64,000 nucleotides of DNA from contig CAYUIJ010000002.1 of the NCBI GenBank assembly GCA_964444735.1, positions 22,781-86,780 on the forward strand, given 5' to 3'. Below, in pieces: positions 32,657 to 41,957 of this stretch (position 1 is the stretch's first letter; every line of letters begins with the position of its first letter). The notes beneath the pieces are model-generated. The model saw only the letters and a program-made list of their open reading frames with translations. It was not told the origin of the DNA and searched no databases. Position numbers and translations under genes: made by a program. The stretch is from an uncultured Bacteroides sp. GTDB taxonomy: Bacteria > Bacteroidota > Bacteroidia > Bacteroidales > Bacteroidaceae.

Positions 32657-33457
32657 CTATTTTAGAATGCTTTTTAAAGATTCATAAGGGATAGTCAGTT
32701 CTGTAGGGCCAGCTGAATAGGGAGCTATTTCGTATGCGTTATAATAGAACTTAACACCGTCAGGACTGAGCAGAAAGTTCCTTGAGGGGTACATATCGGT
32801 CCAATTGAGATAGCCTTCCTTATGCAATTCGTCAATGCTTTCAACCTGCAGATGATCTTTCAATGCATCCAGCAAAATAACGGTAAGAGGTTCTTTATAA
32901 TTCTCAACAAAAACATCTTCCAGTTGCAATTGCTTTCCGGTAACTTTGCTGAAATTCATATAAGATATGGCATGATTCCCGTGTGCGCCTCCTTCGTAAC
33001 TGATTAATTCAAGCTGATATCCCCATATACTGTCTAACGCGGGAATCTGCTTGCTGTTTAGAGTATATTCATAATCATACCATGCACTGACATTTTCTTT
33101 TTTGACATCTTCCTGGTAAAATGGCATGATATCTTCTTTATAATGGTTTAGGTAGGAGTTCTTGAAAGAATCTACGGCTACCTGAGGCGTCAGATTCTCA
33201 TATTCAAATGCAGCGTAAACTATTGCATTGTTGATGATCCGGTTTATGCTGTCATCGGGAACGGCATATTTTAGATTTATCCGAAAGTCGCATTGGGGTG
33301 ACAGAGAGTCGTTTTCTATCAGCTTTTGTGGTATGTTGATCACAATTGAATCAAAGCGGGTGGATGAACCGCTTGTTTTTTGTTGCTGGCATCCGTTCAT
33401 TGTTAGCGTTATAACAGTAGCAGCCGTTATGACAGACATAGCACAGGGTATTCTCAT
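32657..33457 (-). CDS. DUF4163/DUF3298 (RsiV/PdaC-like) lipoprotein
   Basis: Lipobox-like MNGC, YEGGAHG, YNAYEIAPYSAG. Confidence 0.85.
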   Translation of the reverse strand: MRIPCAMSVITAATVITLTMNGCQQQKTSGSSTRFDSIVINIPQKLIENDSLSPQCDFRINLKYAVPDDSINRIINNAIVYAAFEYENLTPQVAVDSFKNSYLNHYKEDIMPFYQEDVKKENVSAWYDYEYTLNSKQIPALDSIWGYQLELISYEGGAHGNHAISYMNFSKVTGKQLQLEDVFVENYKEPLTVILLDALKDHLQVESIDELHKEGYLNWTDMYPSRNFLLSPDGVKFYYNAYEIAPYSAGPTELTIPYESLKSILK

Positions 33458-33912
33458 ATTTATCTGAATTTTATTATTTGCAAAGGTAATTGTTTCTTCT
33501 ATTTATTTTATTACTCCATCCGCTTTTTTATTTCTTTATCTCTGCATAATTAAAAGACTCATGGAATCCGGCCGGCGTTCCCGATGGCGCGTTTCTGCCG
33601 GGAGCAGCGGAAACCGGTGAAACAGACAACGGTTCCTAAAGTTTGAACCAAAAATAAAAGTTTCCGTTCACACATTCAGGGGAGTAACTTCTTCAGGCTG
33701 ACTAATTTTGCCATTGATTTGTTATTTAAGCATATAATGTTTAACATAACATTTGGTGCTATTTTTTTAATTTAATCGGTGCAATTGTATCTACAATATT
33801 AAGGATAAGCAATTAAGAAAATATAGGAAATTCTCAAAAATTGATGGCCAAATCAATATTTTTGTTTAAGTTTGTGACATCTAAAATCTAAAGCTATGAA
33901 ACTTCTAACGCT

Positions 33913-35760
33913 ATGATCAGGAAATTTGTATGTATCTTGGCTATTGCTCTGGCTTCTCAGAATTATATGCAGGCTGGAGATATCTGGGTATCTCCTGATG
34001 GGAATGATGATAATGACGGTACAAAGGAGGCTCCGTTACAAACTGTGGCCCGAGCTATAAAGCAGGCGAGAGAATGGCGCCGCATGGAAACGCCCGAAGT
34101 AAAAGATGGCATTCATATCCATCTGGCCGATGGAGTATATGTTCAGGAAAAATCATTGTTTCTTCGTCCGGAAGACAGCGGTACAGCCGACTCGCCTACG
34201 TTTATAGAAGCAGATGGTTCTGCTGTGATTAGTGGAGAATCAAGAATTACAGGCTGGAAATTGCTTAAAGATGATAATTCACGTATTCCCCAATCTTCCA
34301 GAAAGAAAATATGGGTGGCCGATGCACCACGTGTAGCAAATCGTCATCTGGAGTTTCGCCAGATGTGGGTGAATGGAGAAAAAGCCCAACGGGCATCTCA
34401 ATTCAAAGATGGAGTGATGGAACGTATGATAGATTTTGACACAAAGAATCAGACCATTACCATACCTACGCCGGATATTCCCAATTTGGAGACAGCTCCT
34501 CAGATGGAAATGATAGTTCATCAAAGATGGGCGATAGCAATACTTCGTATTTCTGATTTTGATGTGAAAGGAGATAGTACGGTCGTTCGTTTTCATGACC
34601 CGGAAAGTCAGTTGGAATTTGCTCATCCATGGCCGCAACCGGTGATTGGGGGAGAAAAAGGGAATTCTTCTTTTTGTCTGGTAAACGATTTGGCTTTGCT
34701 GGACGAACCGGGAGAGTGGTATCAGGAATATCCTTCAGGAAGAATATATTATTATCCTCGTAGTGGCGAAGATATGAATATTGCAAAAGTAGTAGCCCCT
34801 GTAGTGGAACAGTTGGTGGTGATTGCCGGATCATTAGAACGTCTGGTACGCCCGATACATTTTAAAAACATATCTTTTGAGTATGCGTCTTGTAACAAGC
34901 CTTCATATAAGGGGCATGTTACTCTTCAGGGAGGATTTTATCTGTTGGATGCCTATAAATTGCAAAATCCCGGATTGCCGGAGAAAGCGGCATTGGAAAA
35001 TCAGGCATGGATAGCACGTCCTGAGGCGGCCGTGTCGGTTAGAGGGGCGGAAGACATTCATTTTGACAATTGTGTTTTTGAACATTTGGGTGCAACTGGA
35101 TTGGATTACAGACAGGCCGTAACCAATTCATCTGTAACCAACTGCAAGTTTACCGATATCGGCGGAACCGGACTGATGATAGGGACATTCCCGGATAACG
35201 GATTTGAGACCCATATACCTTTCAAACCTCTAATTGAAAACGAATTGTGCGCTTCAATTCTGATAAAAAACAATCTGATAACGAAAGTTACCAGTGAAGA
35301 TTGGGGTTGCGTGGGTATAGCTGCAGGATATGTAAAAGATGTTACTATAGCTCATAATGAAGTGTCGCATGTAAATTATTCTGGAATTTGTGTAGGGTGG
35401 GGATGGACCTTGCATGAAAGCGGTATGAGGAACAACCGGATAGAGGCAAATTATGTGCATCATTTTGCACACCGTTTGTATGATGCCGGCGGATTGTATA
35501 CTCTTTCTTCTCAACCTGGTTCCGTAATGAAGAACAATAGGATTGAGAATCTGATTGATGCACCATATGCAACCAATGATCGTGCGTTCTATATATATTT
35601 CGACGAAGCAACCGATGGATATACGGTGGAAAACAACTGGTGCCCCGAAAAGCGTTTTGATTCCAATCAGCCGGGTTCTCATAATGTATGGAAACTGAAT
35701 GGCCCGGATGTTCCGGAAGCAATCAGACAGAATGCAGGAATCCAAAAAGAGAATGAATAA
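33913..35760 (+). CDS. GH141-like secreted beta-helix glycoside hydrolase
   Basis: Signal peptide; IWVSPDGND, RPEDSGT, HPWP, EPGEWY, VGWGW, YDAGGLY, YFDEAT, resembling the GH141 alpha-L-fucosidase pattern. Confidence 0.8.
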   Translation: MIRKFVCILAIALASQNYMQAGDIWVSPDGNDDNDGTKEAPLQTVARAIKQAREWRRMETPEVKDGIHIHLADGVYVQEKSLFLRPEDSGTADSPTFIEADGSAVISGESRITGWKLLKDDNSRIPQSSRKKIWVADAPRVANRHLEFRQMWVNGEKAQRASQFKDGVMERMIDFDTKNQTITIPTPDIPNLETAPQMEMIVHQRWAIAILRISDFDVKGDSTVVRFHDPESQLEFAHPWPQPVIGGEKGNSSFCLVNDLALLDEPGEWYQEYPSGRIYYYPRSGEDMNIAKVVAPVVEQLVVIAGSLERLVRPIHFKNISFEYASCNKPSYKGHVTLQGGFYLLDAYKLQNPGLPEKAALENQAWIARPEAAVSVRGAEDIHFDNCVFEHLGATGLDYRQAVTNSSVTNCKFTDIGGTGLMIGTFPDNGFETHIPFKPLIENELCASILIKNNLITKVTSEDWGCVGIAAGYVKDVTIAHNEVSHVNYSGICVGWGWTLHESGMRNNRIEANYVHHFAHRLYDAGGLYTLSSQPGSVMKNNRIENLIDAPYATNDRAFYIYFDEATDGYTVENNWCPEKRFDSNQPGSHNVWKLNGPDVPEAIRQNAGIQKENE

Positions 35761-35777
35761 GCTAAACTTTCTATATT

Positions 35778-38021
35778 ATGAAGCAAACTAATTATCATTT
35801 GTTTGATTTCATGGATTTTGATCCGGAACTATCAAAAAACGAATCACTGTGGAAAGCTCATAAGCCTGCAAATGTCCGGGAAGAGAATGGTGATATATAT
35901 ATTACCGTACCCTTTCAGAAACAGGTTCTTTCAAATGATATGGCTGCTGATCTCACGGTGCCTCGTGAAGAGCATACTTTAGTGATCCGTCAATACAGCA
36001 ATAAGACTGTCCGTTTGTTCTGTGGCTTTGGTGTATGGGAAATGACCGATAACACTGAAATGTTACAGTTTAGCGAACGCGTACAGAAATTACCGCTGTA
36101 TGTAAAAGCCTGCGGAGATGAATGGAATATATGCACTGCCGATGGAACACTTCGGGCACGCATTAATTTAAAGGAACCTGTGCTTGACCATTGGAGTGAT
36201 TTGCTTCCTGCACCTCAGGAGACATTGGATGTTGTTTTGTATCCAGACGGGAAGCGTGAAGTTCGTCTGGCCGCATATGATCATTTTTCACCTCCCCGCT
36301 ATGATGCCCTTCCTTTAGGGTATTGTGTGAAAGACGGGAAAAAAGAACGTGCCACCTTATCTTTTGAGTGCAAGGCTGACGAATGCTTTGCCGGTACGGG
36401 CGAACGTTTTACAAAGATGGATTTAAGCGGTCATACTTTCTTCTTGAAAAATCAGGATGGTCAAGGTGTAAACAGCCGCCGTACCTACAAGAATATCCCG
36501 TTTTATCTGTCAAGTCGTATGTATGGTACTTTTTATCATACTTGCGCTCATTGTAAGTTGTCACTGGCAGACGTATCTACCCGCTCTGTTGAATTTATGA
36601 ATGATCAGGCAATGATTGATGCTTTTGTCATTGCGGGTGACAGTGTGGAAGAGATATTGCGCGGATATCGTGATTTTATCGGATATCCTTCTATGCCGCC
36701 TCTTTGGAGTTTCGGTATCTGGATGAGCCGTATGAGTTATTTTAGTGCTGATGAAGTTCGGCAGATTTGTGACCACATGCGTGCAGAACATTATCCGTGT
36801 GATGTTATTCACTTGGATACAGGATGGTTCCGTACAGATTGGTTGTGCGAATGGAAATTCAATGAAGAACGTTTTCCTGATCCGGAAGGCTTCATCCGCA
36901 ACTTGAAAAAACAAGGTTATCGTGTCTCATTGTGGCAACTTCCTTATGTGGCTGAAGACGCTGAGCAGATAAATGAAGCAAGGGAAAATGATTACATAGC
37001 GCCTTTAACAAAAAAGCAGGATTCAGAGGGCTCTAATTTTTCGGCTTTTGATTATGCCGGTACGATTGACTTTACTTATCCAAAAGCAACAGAATGGTAC
37101 AAAGGCTTGTTGAAACGTCTTCTTGATATGGGAGTGGCTTGCATAAAGACAGACTTTGGGGAAAACATTCACATGGATGCTTTGTATAAAGGCATGTCAC
37201 CTGAGCTACTGAATAATCTTTATGCCTTGTTATATCAGAAAGCCGCTTACGAAATAACGAAAGAAGTGACGGGTGATGGTATCATATGGGCTCGTGCCGC
37301 ATGGGCAGGATGCCAGCGTTATCCCCTGCATTGGGGCGGTGATTCCTGTAGTTCGTGGGATGGTATGGCAGGTTCGCTGAAAGGTGGATTGCATTTTGGA
37401 TTGTCAGGATTTGCATTCTGGAGTCATGATGTTCCGGGATTCCATACATTACCCGATTTTATGAATTCCATCGTAGATGATAAAGTATATATGCGTTGGA
37501 CACAGTTCGGCGTGTTTTCTTCACATATTCGTTATCATGGCACTAACAAGCGTGAGCCATGGCATTATCCTAATATTGCCTCATTGGTAAAGAAGTGGTG
37601 GAAACTTCGTTATCAACTGATTCCTTATATTGTGGAGCAGAGTAAAAAAGCAACGGAAACAGGTTATCCGGTTTTGCGCGCATTGATATTCAATCATCCG
37701 CAAGATAGGATCTGCTGGCATATTGATGATGAGTATTATTTTGGAGATGATTTTCTCGTAGCTCCGATAATGAACAGTGATGATTGCCGTGATGTTTATC
37801 TGCCTGAAGGACGATGGGTGAATTTCTTTACCGGTAAACATTATAAAGGAGGATGCTGGCTGCATGATGTAAAGGTTCCTTTATCCGAAATGCCTGTATA
37901 TGTACGTAAAAATGCGGTGATTCCTGTTTATCCGGATGATGTGGAATGTACTGATGAAATGGATTTGAGCAAGAGTCAGGCATTGAATATTGATCATAAT
38001 TTCAAAGGTGTCTGGAAATAG
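35778..38021 (+). CDS. GH31 alpha-xylosidase (YicI-like), cytoplasmic
   Basis: KNIPFY, HLDTGW, KTDFGE (nucleophile), WGGD (acid/base), FWSHDV, RWTQFG; no signal peptide. Confidence 0.9.
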   Translation: MKQTNYHLFDFMDFDPELSKNESLWKAHKPANVREENGDIYITVPFQKQVLSNDMAADLTVPREEHTLVIRQYSNKTVRLFCGFGVWEMTDNTEMLQFSERVQKLPLYVKACGDEWNICTADGTLRARINLKEPVLDHWSDLLPAPQETLDVVLYPDGKREVRLAAYDHFSPPRYDALPLGYCVKDGKKERATLSFECKADECFAGTGERFTKMDLSGHTFFLKNQDGQGVNSRRTYKNIPFYLSSRMYGTFYHTCAHCKLSLADVSTRSVEFMNDQAMIDAFVIAGDSVEEILRGYRDFIGYPSMPPLWSFGIWMSRMSYFSADEVRQICDHMRAEHYPCDVIHLDTGWFRTDWLCEWKFNEERFPDPEGFIRNLKKQGYRVSLWQLPYVAEDAEQINEARENDYIAPLTKKQDSEGSNFSAFDYAGTIDFTYPKATEWYKGLLKRLLDMGVACIKTDFGENIHMDALYKGMSPELLNNLYALLYQKAAYEITKEVTGDGIIWARAAWAGCQRYPLHWGGDSCSSWDGMAGSLKGGLHFGLSGFAFWSHDVPGFHTLPDFMNSIVDDKVYMRWTQFGVFSSHIRYHGTNKREPWHYPNIASLVKKWWKLRYQLIPYIVEQSKKATETGYPVLRALIFNHPQDRICWHIDDEYYFGDDFLVAPIMNSDDCRDVYLPEGRWVNFFTGKHYKGGCWLHDVKVPLSEMPVYVRKNAVIPVYPDDVECTDEMDLSKSQALNIDHNFKGVWK

Positions 38022-38065
38022 AAGAAGAATAGAAAATTATAATTTATTAAACAGAGGCAGAGTTT

Positions 38066-39862
38066 ATGAAAACATGGAAAAAGAATATGGAAGAGACCAA
38101 ACAACACTACATTGATTGGTGGAACCATAAAGGAATTGTTTTGAATATGTGGGAGCATTTTCAGGAAGGAGTGACCCCGCATGCGGATATTCCGGATCCG
38201 GCCCCGGCAAAAGATCTGAATCAGAAATGGTTTGATCCGGAATGGCGTGCCGGATATTTGGATTGGTATGTTGCGCATAGTTCCTTGATGGCCGACATAC
38301 TTCCCGTTGCCAATACTCAGTTAGGTCCCGGTTCGTTGGCCGCAATATTGGGAGGTGTGTTTGAAGGAGGGGAAGATACGATTTGGATTCATCCTAATCC
38401 AGACTATGCGGACGATATTGTTTTTGATCCTGAGAATGCGGCATGGAAACTTCATAAAGACTTATTGCGCGCCTGCAAAAAGAAAGCTCAAGGGCATTAT
38501 TATGTTGGTATGCCCGACTTGATGGAAGGACTTGACGTTTTAGCCGCAATAAAGGGAACAGACAAGGTTTTGCTTGATACGGTAATGCAGCCGGAAGTTT
38601 TGGAACGTCAGATGCAGCAAATCAATGATATTTATTTCAAAGTATTTGATGAGCTTTATGATATTATTCGTGAAGGCGATGAAATGGCGTTCTGCTATTT
38701 CTCTGCATGGGCTCCGGGAAAAATGACTAAGATTCAGAGTGATATCTCCACAATGATCGGCGAAGATGATTTCAGACGGTTCGTACAACCGTTTATCCGT
38801 GAGCAATGTCGGAAAATAGACTATACATTATATCATTTGGACGGCGTTGGTGCCATGCGTCATCTGCCGGCTTTACTGGAAATAGATGAGCTGGATGCTA
38901 TTCAATGGACTCCCGGAGTAGGGGAGCCGCAAGGCGGTTCATCCAAATGGTATGGTTTGTACAAGCAAATTTTGACGGGAGGAAAGAGTATTCTGGCTTC
39001 ATGGGTCGCATTGGATGAACTGAAGCCATTGCTTGATAATATCGGAGCAGAAGGTGTTCACCTTGAAATGGATTTCCACAATGAAAAAGAGGTGGAGCAA
39101 GCAATGCGCATTGTGGAAGAGTATAGAGAATCTTCGTTATCAATAGATATCAATACAAAAAATATAAAAGAAAATACAGAAATGCAAAACGAAACAATTC
39201 ATGTGCAAGTATCTCAACAAGAAGATGAGGAATTAAAACCGTTATTCGATGCAATTGTTAATGGTAAACTGGAACCTGCGGTAGAAGTAACCAAAAAAGC
39301 AATAGAAAAAGGAGTTCCGCCACAAAATATAATCAATAATTACATGATTAAGGCGATGGGAGAGATTGGAGAGCGTTTTCAGAATGGAAAGGCTTTTGTT
39401 CCTCAGTTGCTGATGGCCGGACGTGCCATGAAAGGAGCTTTGGAATTGTTAAAACCGTTACTGCAAGGTAACGCTTCCGCAACTATTGGGCGTGTTGTAA
39501 TTGGAACCGTTAAAGGCGATTTGCACGATATAGGTAAAAATCTGGTTGCTTCAATGCTTGAGGGAAGTGGTTTTGAGGTAATAAATATAGGCATTGATGT
39601 TTCGGCAGATAAATTTGTTCAGGCAGTACAAGACAATCATGCAGATATTTTGTGTATGAGTGCACTGCTTACAACAACCATGACCTATATGAAGGATGTT
39701 ATTACAGCTGTCAATGCTGCCGGCATCCGTGATAAAGTGAAAATTATGGTAGGGGGCGCTCCGGTTAATCAGGCCTTTGCAGACGAAATAGGAGCAGATG
39801 GTTATAGTGATAATGCCAACTCCGCTGTTAAGATTGCAAAACAGTTAATCAGTGCCGCTTAA
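38066..39862 (+). CDS. Fusion: UroD/MtaA-like methyltransferase domain + corrinoid (B12)-binding protein
   Basis: N-terminal about 350 aa with QSD...FRRFVQP...YHLDG...IQW; C-terminal cap (FVPQLL) and GDLHDIGKN (DxHxxG), SALLTTT, MVGGAP. Confidence 0.85.
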   Translation: MKTWKKNMEETKQHYIDWWNHKGIVLNMWEHFQEGVTPHADIPDPAPAKDLNQKWFDPEWRAGYLDWYVAHSSLMADILPVANTQLGPGSLAAILGGVFEGGEDTIWIHPNPDYADDIVFDPENAAWKLHKDLLRACKKKAQGHYYVGMPDLMEGLDVLAAIKGTDKVLLDTVMQPEVLERQMQQINDIYFKVFDELYDIIREGDEMAFCYFSAWAPGKMTKIQSDISTMIGEDDFRRFVQPFIREQCRKIDYTLYHLDGVGAMRHLPALLEIDELDAIQWTPGVGEPQGGSSKWYGLYKQILTGGKSILASWVALDELKPLLDNIGAEGVHLEMDFHNEKEVEQAMRIVEEYRESSLSIDINTKNIKENTEMQNETIHVQVSQQEDEELKPLFDAIVNGKLEPAVEVTKKAIEKGVPPQNIINNYMIKAMGEIGERFQNGKAFVPQLLMAGRAMKGALELLKPLLQGNASATIGRVVIGTVKGDLHDIGKNLVASMLEGSGFEVINIGIDVSADKFVQAVQDNHADILCMSALLTTTMTYMKDVITAVNAAGIRDKVKIMVGGAPVNQAFADEIGADGYSDNANSAVKIAKQLISAA

Positions 39863-39882
39863 TGGTATTTTGACATATAAAG

Positions 39883-39923
39883 AGGTTGTGTCACCAGCAT
39901 TTTGACACAACCTCCTTTCTTTT
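39883..39923 (+). terminator. Hairpin between the corrinoid gene and the transporter
   Basis: AGGTTGTGTCA...TGACACAACCT followed by a T-rich tail. Confidence 0.65.
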
Positions 39924-40004
39924 ATTATAATTCTCAGATTTCTTGCGGATAGATAATAATCTATAAAAGGATAGTAGTAGGTAACCTTAATCTAATAAGT
40001 TGAT

Positions 40005-41570
40005 ATGAATAATATTTCTTTAAAGCCCATAGACTGGACTATTCTGATAGCTTATTTTGTAATATTGATAGCTATAGGTATATGGGCCAGTATGAAACGG
40101 AAAAAGGGGAGTAGCCTGTTTATGGCCGAGCATTCATTGAAATGGCATCATATTGGTTTTTCTATGTGGGGAACCAATGTAGGCCCTTCTATGCTGATAG
40201 CATCGGCCAGTGCCGGTTTCACAACCGGTATCGTCTCCGGGAACTATGCATGGTATGCATTTGTATTCATTTGTTTGCTGGCTTTTGTATTTGGTCCGCG
40301 ATATTTGGGAGCAAAAATTACCACTTTGCCTGAATTTATGGGATGTCGTTTTGGACAATCTACCCGTAATATACTGGCATGGTATACAATTGTAACGATC
40401 TTAATTTCATGGCTGGCTCTGACCTTGTTTGCCGGAGGGATTCTTATCCGTCAGATATTTGAAATTCCTGTATGGCAATCAGCTCTTATACTATTGATTA
40501 TTTCTGCTTTTTTTACGATGGCGGGAGGCTTGAAAGCCGTAGCTTATACAAATGTGTTCCAGATGTTGCTTCTTATTTTAGTTTCTGCGGCATTGACAAT
40601 TGTTGGACTGGCAAAAGTTGGAGGTGTTGAAGGATTAACAGCCAAAGTCCCTGCTGACTTTTGGAACCTGTTTTTGCCGAATGATAATCCGGATTTTCCA
40701 TGGTTGCCCATATTGCTGGGTTATCCGGTAATGGGAGTCTGGTTCTGGTGTACCGATCAATCAATGGTGCAACCTGTTTTGGCAGCTAAAAATTTGACGC
40801 AAGGACAATTAGGCACTAATTTTACAGCATGGCTAAAGATACTGGATGTACCTTTGTATATTCTTCCCGGTATAATTTGTTTTGCATTATATCCAGAAAT
40901 AAATAATCCAGATGAAGCATATATGACGATGGTTACCAATTTGTTTCCTATAGGAATGGTCGGTTTGGTAATGGCTGTATTAGCCGCTGCATTAGTAAGT
41001 ACTATTGGTTCGGCCTTAAATGCCTTAAGTACAGTCTTTACTATAGATATATATCAAAAGAAGCATCCGAATATGTCTGAACAGAAAATGATAAGGGGCG
41101 GACGTATTGTGACAGTTGCAGGATCTGTTGTTTCTATGTTGATATGTATTGCCATTGACAGCATTAAAGGTTTGAATCTATTCAATGTGTTTCAGTCTGT
41201 TCTAGGATTTATCGCTCCACCCATGTCTGCCGTATTTTTGTTTGGAGTATTCTGGAAACGGACAACGGCCAGTGCTGCCAATTTTGCGCTGACCGTAGGC
41301 ACAGTTGTCAGTATGACTATAGGAATACTGTATTTATGGGTTTTCCCTGTAGAAGAATATACATTCTGGCCTCATTTCATGATGCTTTCCTTTGACTTAT
41401 TTGCAGCTATTTGTATAGGAATGGTTATTGTTAGTCTGTTTGATAAAAATCCGCAAGGAAATCAGCTTGATTTTGGAAAAATAGAAAAACCTTCTTTATA
41501 TGTTGTTGCTTTGTGGGCATTGTTGATAATCGTAATGACAGGCCTTTATATATTCTTTAATGGCCATTAA
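40005..41570 (+). CDS. Sodium:solute symporter (SSS/SGLT-like sugar transporter)
   Basis: Many TM helices; TLPEF, GGLKAVAYT, WFWCTDQ, LFGVFWKR. Confidence 0.92.
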   Translation: MNNISLKPIDWTILIAYFVILIAIGIWASMKRKKGSSLFMAEHSLKWHHIGFSMWGTNVGPSMLIASASAGFTTGIVSGNYAWYAFVFICLLAFVFGPRYLGAKITTLPEFMGCRFGQSTRNILAWYTIVTILISWLALTLFAGGILIRQIFEIPVWQSALILLIISAFFTMAGGLKAVAYTNVFQMLLLILVSAALTIVGLAKVGGVEGLTAKVPADFWNLFLPNDNPDFPWLPILLGYPVMGVWFWCTDQSMVQPVLAAKNLTQGQLGTNFTAWLKILDVPLYILPGIICFALYPEINNPDEAYMTMVTNLFPIGMVGLVMAVLAAALVSTIGSALNALSTVFTIDIYQKKHPNMSEQKMIRGGRIVTVAGSVVSMLICIAIDSIKGLNLFNVFQSVLGFIAPPMSAVFLFGVFWKRTTASAANFALTVGTVVSMTIGILYLWVFPVEEYTFWPHFMMLSFDLFAAICIGMVIVSLFDKNPQGNQLDFGKIEKPSLYVVALWALLIIVMTGLYIFFNGH

Positions 41571-41595
41571 AAAAGCATGATTATTATTTATTTTG

Positions 41596-41640
41596 ATAAT
41601 CCCTGAGAGCTGATATTATGATTCTCAGGGATTATTTTTT
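41596..41640 (+). terminator. Terminator after the SSS gene
   Basis: ATAATCCCTGAGA...TCTCAGGGATTAT followed by T's. Confidence 0.75.
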
Positions 41641-41745
41641 ATCTGGTACTTGGTCCAGATAAATATCTGTATGTAAGTGTAAAGGCCAGATATGGAATCT
41701 AAAGATAATATAAGAAAGATCGTATGCGTGCTTATAAAAGACACT

Positions 41746-41773
41746 GTTTTATATAATTAGTATTATGTTTAAT
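41746..41773 (+). other. dif-like XerCD site (candidate)
   Basis: GTTTTATATAA-TTAGTA-TTATGTTTAAT in 11-6-11 layout; right arm 10/11 to the E. coli XerD arm. Confidence 0.35.
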
Positions 41774-41838
41774 ACATAATGTGATGGAAAATTTCGGATT
41801 CTTCACTCTCTTTTCTCCTGTTTATTTCATAAGGGTAT

Positions 41839-41877
41839 AAAAAATTCCGCCCAAATATTGCTTGAGCGGGATTTTTT
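41839..41877 (-). terminator. Terminator after the TPR gene
   Basis: AAAAAATTCCGC...GCGGGATTTTTT hairpin flanked by A/T tracts. Confidence 0.55.
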
Positions 41878-41957
41878 CATGTTTATTATTTACAGACATT
41901 ATCCCAGCCGGAACCTGGCGGTCACCTTTGCTGTAGTTCTTTTCTCTCTATTTCTTC

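Noticed and set aside
33560-33660. Possible cobalamin riboswitch before the corrinoid operon (GGAAACCGGTGAAA)
   Set aside because: Lacks the following conserved core (CCCGC/ACTGT, GCCACTG, GGAAG); an Infernal search would be decisive.
33896-33916. Six-codon uORF (MKLLTL) overlapping the GH141 start
   Set aside because: Too short to distinguish from chance.
24186-39862. Functional link between glycine cleavage and the corrinoid methyltransferase through C1/folate metabolism
   Set aside because: Opposite strands, separated by housekeeping genes; proximity alone is not evidence.
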